NCBI RefSeq assembly: GCF_032444005.1
Contig: NC_091284.1
Span: forward strand, 133,982,001-134,046,000
DNA: 64,000 nucleotides
Direction of reading: 5' to 3'
Origin: Ranitomeya imitator
Taxonomy: Eukaryota
In this document: piece by piece, positions 61,252 to 64,000 of the stretch
Layout of the letters: every line of letters begins with the position of its first letter
Position numbering within the stretch: the stretch's first letter is position 1
Translations under genes and position numbers: made by a program
The notes under the pieces: model-generated
The model's database searches: none
Seen by the model: only the letters and a program-made list of their open reading frames with translations
What the model was told of the DNA's origin: nothing

Positions 61252-63564
61252 ACATAGTAACATAGTAACATAGTTAGTAAGGCTGAAAAAAGACATTTGT
61301 CCATCCAGTTCAGCCTATATTCCATCATAATAAATCCCCAGATCTACGTCCTTCTACAGAACCTAATAATTGTATGATACAATATTGTTCTGCTCCAGGA
61401 AGACATCCAGGCCTCTCTTGAACCCCTCGACTGAGTTCGCCATCACCACCTCCTCAGGCAAGCAATTCCAGATTCTCACTGCCCTAACAGTAAAGAATCC
61501 TCTTCTATGTTGGTGGAAAAACCTTCTCTCCTCCAGACGCAAAGAATGCCCTCTTGTGCCCGTCACCTTCCTTGGTATAAACAGATCCCCAGCGAGATAT
61601 TTGTATTGTCAACTTATATACTTATACATGGTTATTAGATCGCCCCTCAGTCATCTTTTTTCTAGACTAAATAATCCTAATTTCGCTAATCTATCTGGGT
61701 ATTGTAGTTCTCCCATCCCCTTTATTAATTTTGTTGCCCTCCTTTGTACTCTCTCTAGTTCCATTATATCCTTCCTGAGCACCGGTGCCCAAAACTGGAT
61801 ACAGTACTCCATGTGCGGTCTAACTAGGGATTTGTACAGAGGCAGTATAATGCTCTCATCATGTGTATCCAGACCTCTCTTAATGCACCCCATGATCCTG
61901 TTTGCCTTGGCAGCTGCTGCCTGGCACTGGCTGCTCCAGGTAAGTTTATCATTAACTAGGATCCCCAAGTCCTTCTCCCTGTCAGATTTACCCAGTGGTT
62001 TCCCGTTCAGTGTGTAATGGTGATATTGATTCCTTCTTCCCATGTGTATAACCTTACATTTATCATTGTTAAACCTCATCTGCCACCTTTCAGCCCAAGT
62101 TTCCAACTTATCCAGATCCATCTGTAGCAGAATACTATCTTCTCTTGTATTAACTGCTTTACATAGTTTTGTATCATCTGCAAATATCGATATTTTACTG
62201 TGTAAACCTTCTACCAGATCATTAATGAATATGTTGAAGAGAACAGGTCCCAATACCGACCCCTGCGGTACCCCACTGGTCACAGCGACCCAGTTAGAGA
62301 CTATACCATTTATAACCACCCTCTGCTTTCTATCACTAAGCCAGTTACTAACCCATTTACACACATTTTCCCCCAGACCAAGCATTCTCATTTTGTGTAC
62401 CAACCTCTTGTGCGGCACGGTATCAAACGCTTTGGAAAAATCGAGATATACCACGTCCAATGACTCACCGTGGTCCAGCCTATAGCTTACCTCTTCATAA
62501 AAACTGATTAGATTGGTTTGACAGGAGCGATTTCTCATAAACCCATGCTGATATGGAGTTAAACAGTTATTCTCATTGAGATAATCCAGAATAACATCCC
62601 TCAGAAACCCTTCAAATATTTTACCAACAATAGAGGTTAGACTTACTGGCCTATAATTTCCAGGTTCACTTTTAGAGCCCTTTTTGAATATTGGCACCAC
62701 ATTTGCTATGCGCCAGTCCTGCAGAACAGACCCCGTCGCTATAGAGTCCCTAAAAATAAGAAATAATGGTTTATCTATTACATTACTTAGTTCTCTTAGT
62801 ACTCGTGGGTGTATGCCATCTGGTCCCGGAGATTTATCTATTTTAATCATATTTAGCCGGTTTCGCACCTCTTCTTGGGTTAGATTGGTGACCCTTAATA
62901 TAGGGTTTTCATTGTTTCTTGGGATTTCACCTAGCATTTCATTTTCCACCGTGAATACCGTGGAGAAGAAGGTGTTTAATATGTTAGCTTTTTCCTCGTC
63001 ATCTACAACCATTCTTTCCTCACTATTTTTTAAGGGGCCTACATTTTCAGTTTTTATTCTTTTACTATTGATATAGTTGAAGAACAGTTTGGGATTAGTT
63101 TTACTCTCCTTAGCAATGTGCTTCTCTGTTTCCTTTTTGGCAGCTTTAATTAGTTTTTTAGATAAAGTATTTTTCTCCCTATAGTTTTTTAGAGCTTCAA
63201 TGGTGCCATCCTGCTTTAGTAGTGCAAATGCTTTCTTTTTACTGTTAATTGCCTGTCTTACTTCTTTGTTTAGCCACATTGGGTTTTTCCTATTTCTAGT
63301 ACTTTTATTCCCACAAGGTATAAACCGCTTACAGTGCCTATTTAGGATGTTCTTAAACATTTTCCATTTATTATCTGTATTCTTATTTCTGAGGATATTG
63401 TCCCAGTCTACCAGATTAAGGGCATCTCTAAGCTGGTCAAACTTTGCCTTCCTAAAGTTCAGTGTTTTTGTGACTCCCTGACAAGTCCCCCTAGTGAAAG
63501 ACAGGTGAAACTGTACAATATTGTGGTCGCTATTTCCTAGATGCCCGACCACCTGCAGATTTAC
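61252..63564 (-). mobile_element. 5'-truncated CR1 LINE, young
   Basis: ORF2 C-terminal part with KSPGPDGIHPRVL, PGNYRPVSLTS, YLDFSKAFDTV, GVPQGSVLGP, FADD; 3' GGCTGAA..TTCAGCC hairpin and (TTACTATG)n tail; candidate 5-bp TSD CATTT (61247-61251, 63565-63569). Confidence 0.95.
61363..63564 (-). pseudogene. CR1 ORF2 (end of endonuclease/linker plus RT) with one premature stop
   Basis: ORFs 61651..63579 and 61363..61566 are in the same frame, separated only by TGA at 61653-61651 (likely CGA>TGA); endonuclease N-terminus missing by truncation. Confidence 0.92.
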
Positions 63565-64000
63565 CATTTCATTATACATCCATAGTGTATGCGGACACTT
63601 GACCGTTAGTTACAGATATAGTTGCATGATGGACTTCCCTTCCTAAGGCCATGAAGCTGAGCCATCACCTGTAAGTAGAATAACCTCTGATCATCTGGGA
63701 AGGCTGTCCACAAGATTTTGTTGTGCGTTTGATCCTAAATGAGTATTTGGGAGGTCAGACACTGATGCCGCTTCACATGAAGCAGAAAGGAGGCCTGCAT
63801 CACAAGAAGAAGGGAGGTGCCTGACCAAGACAGAAGCGCCCATCAGACCAGAGCGCATAAATATAATAAAATGCTGGCTTGCAGTCAGCATTCTAGAATG
63901 CTGTAACACACGGCTGAAAAGTGGTGGCTGTAGATGATATGGGAAAAACCTGGTGACAGATTCCCTTTAAATTCTATGGGTGAATAAAAAATATTTTAAG

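Overview
Repeat-rich eukaryotic genomic DNA, most likely from a frog (inferred from the T2/Kolobok-like and Harbinger-like MITEs, DIRS1, CR1, V-SINE and amphibian-type Tc1 elements). The only host gene I can support is spermine synthase (SMS) on the minus strand: seven internal coding exons (orthologous to human exons 3-9, 772 nt) splice in frame from 51412 down to 23629. Intron 6 is a minor-spliceosome U12 AT-AC intron. I did not find exons 1-2 or 10-11 in the window. The introns hold three DIRS1 tyrosine-recombinase retroelement copies, six Tc1 elements (one intact), a young 5'-truncated CR1, Helitron-like and MITE elements, two Penelope-like (PLE) fold-back insertions with target-site duplications (TSDs), and a 2.4-kb 42-bp minisatellite. 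Three observations stand out. (i) A DIRS1 terminal repeat carries an inverted copy of the element's other end plus 141 bp of its flank. (ii) A PLE insertion inside the U12 intron forms a 142-bp hairpin with a hammerhead-like variant (CCGUAGA core) on both strands. (iii) An intact DD34E Tc1 is nested in the TIR of an older Tc1. All coordinates were counted by hand and no database searches were run, so family names come from recalled motifs.
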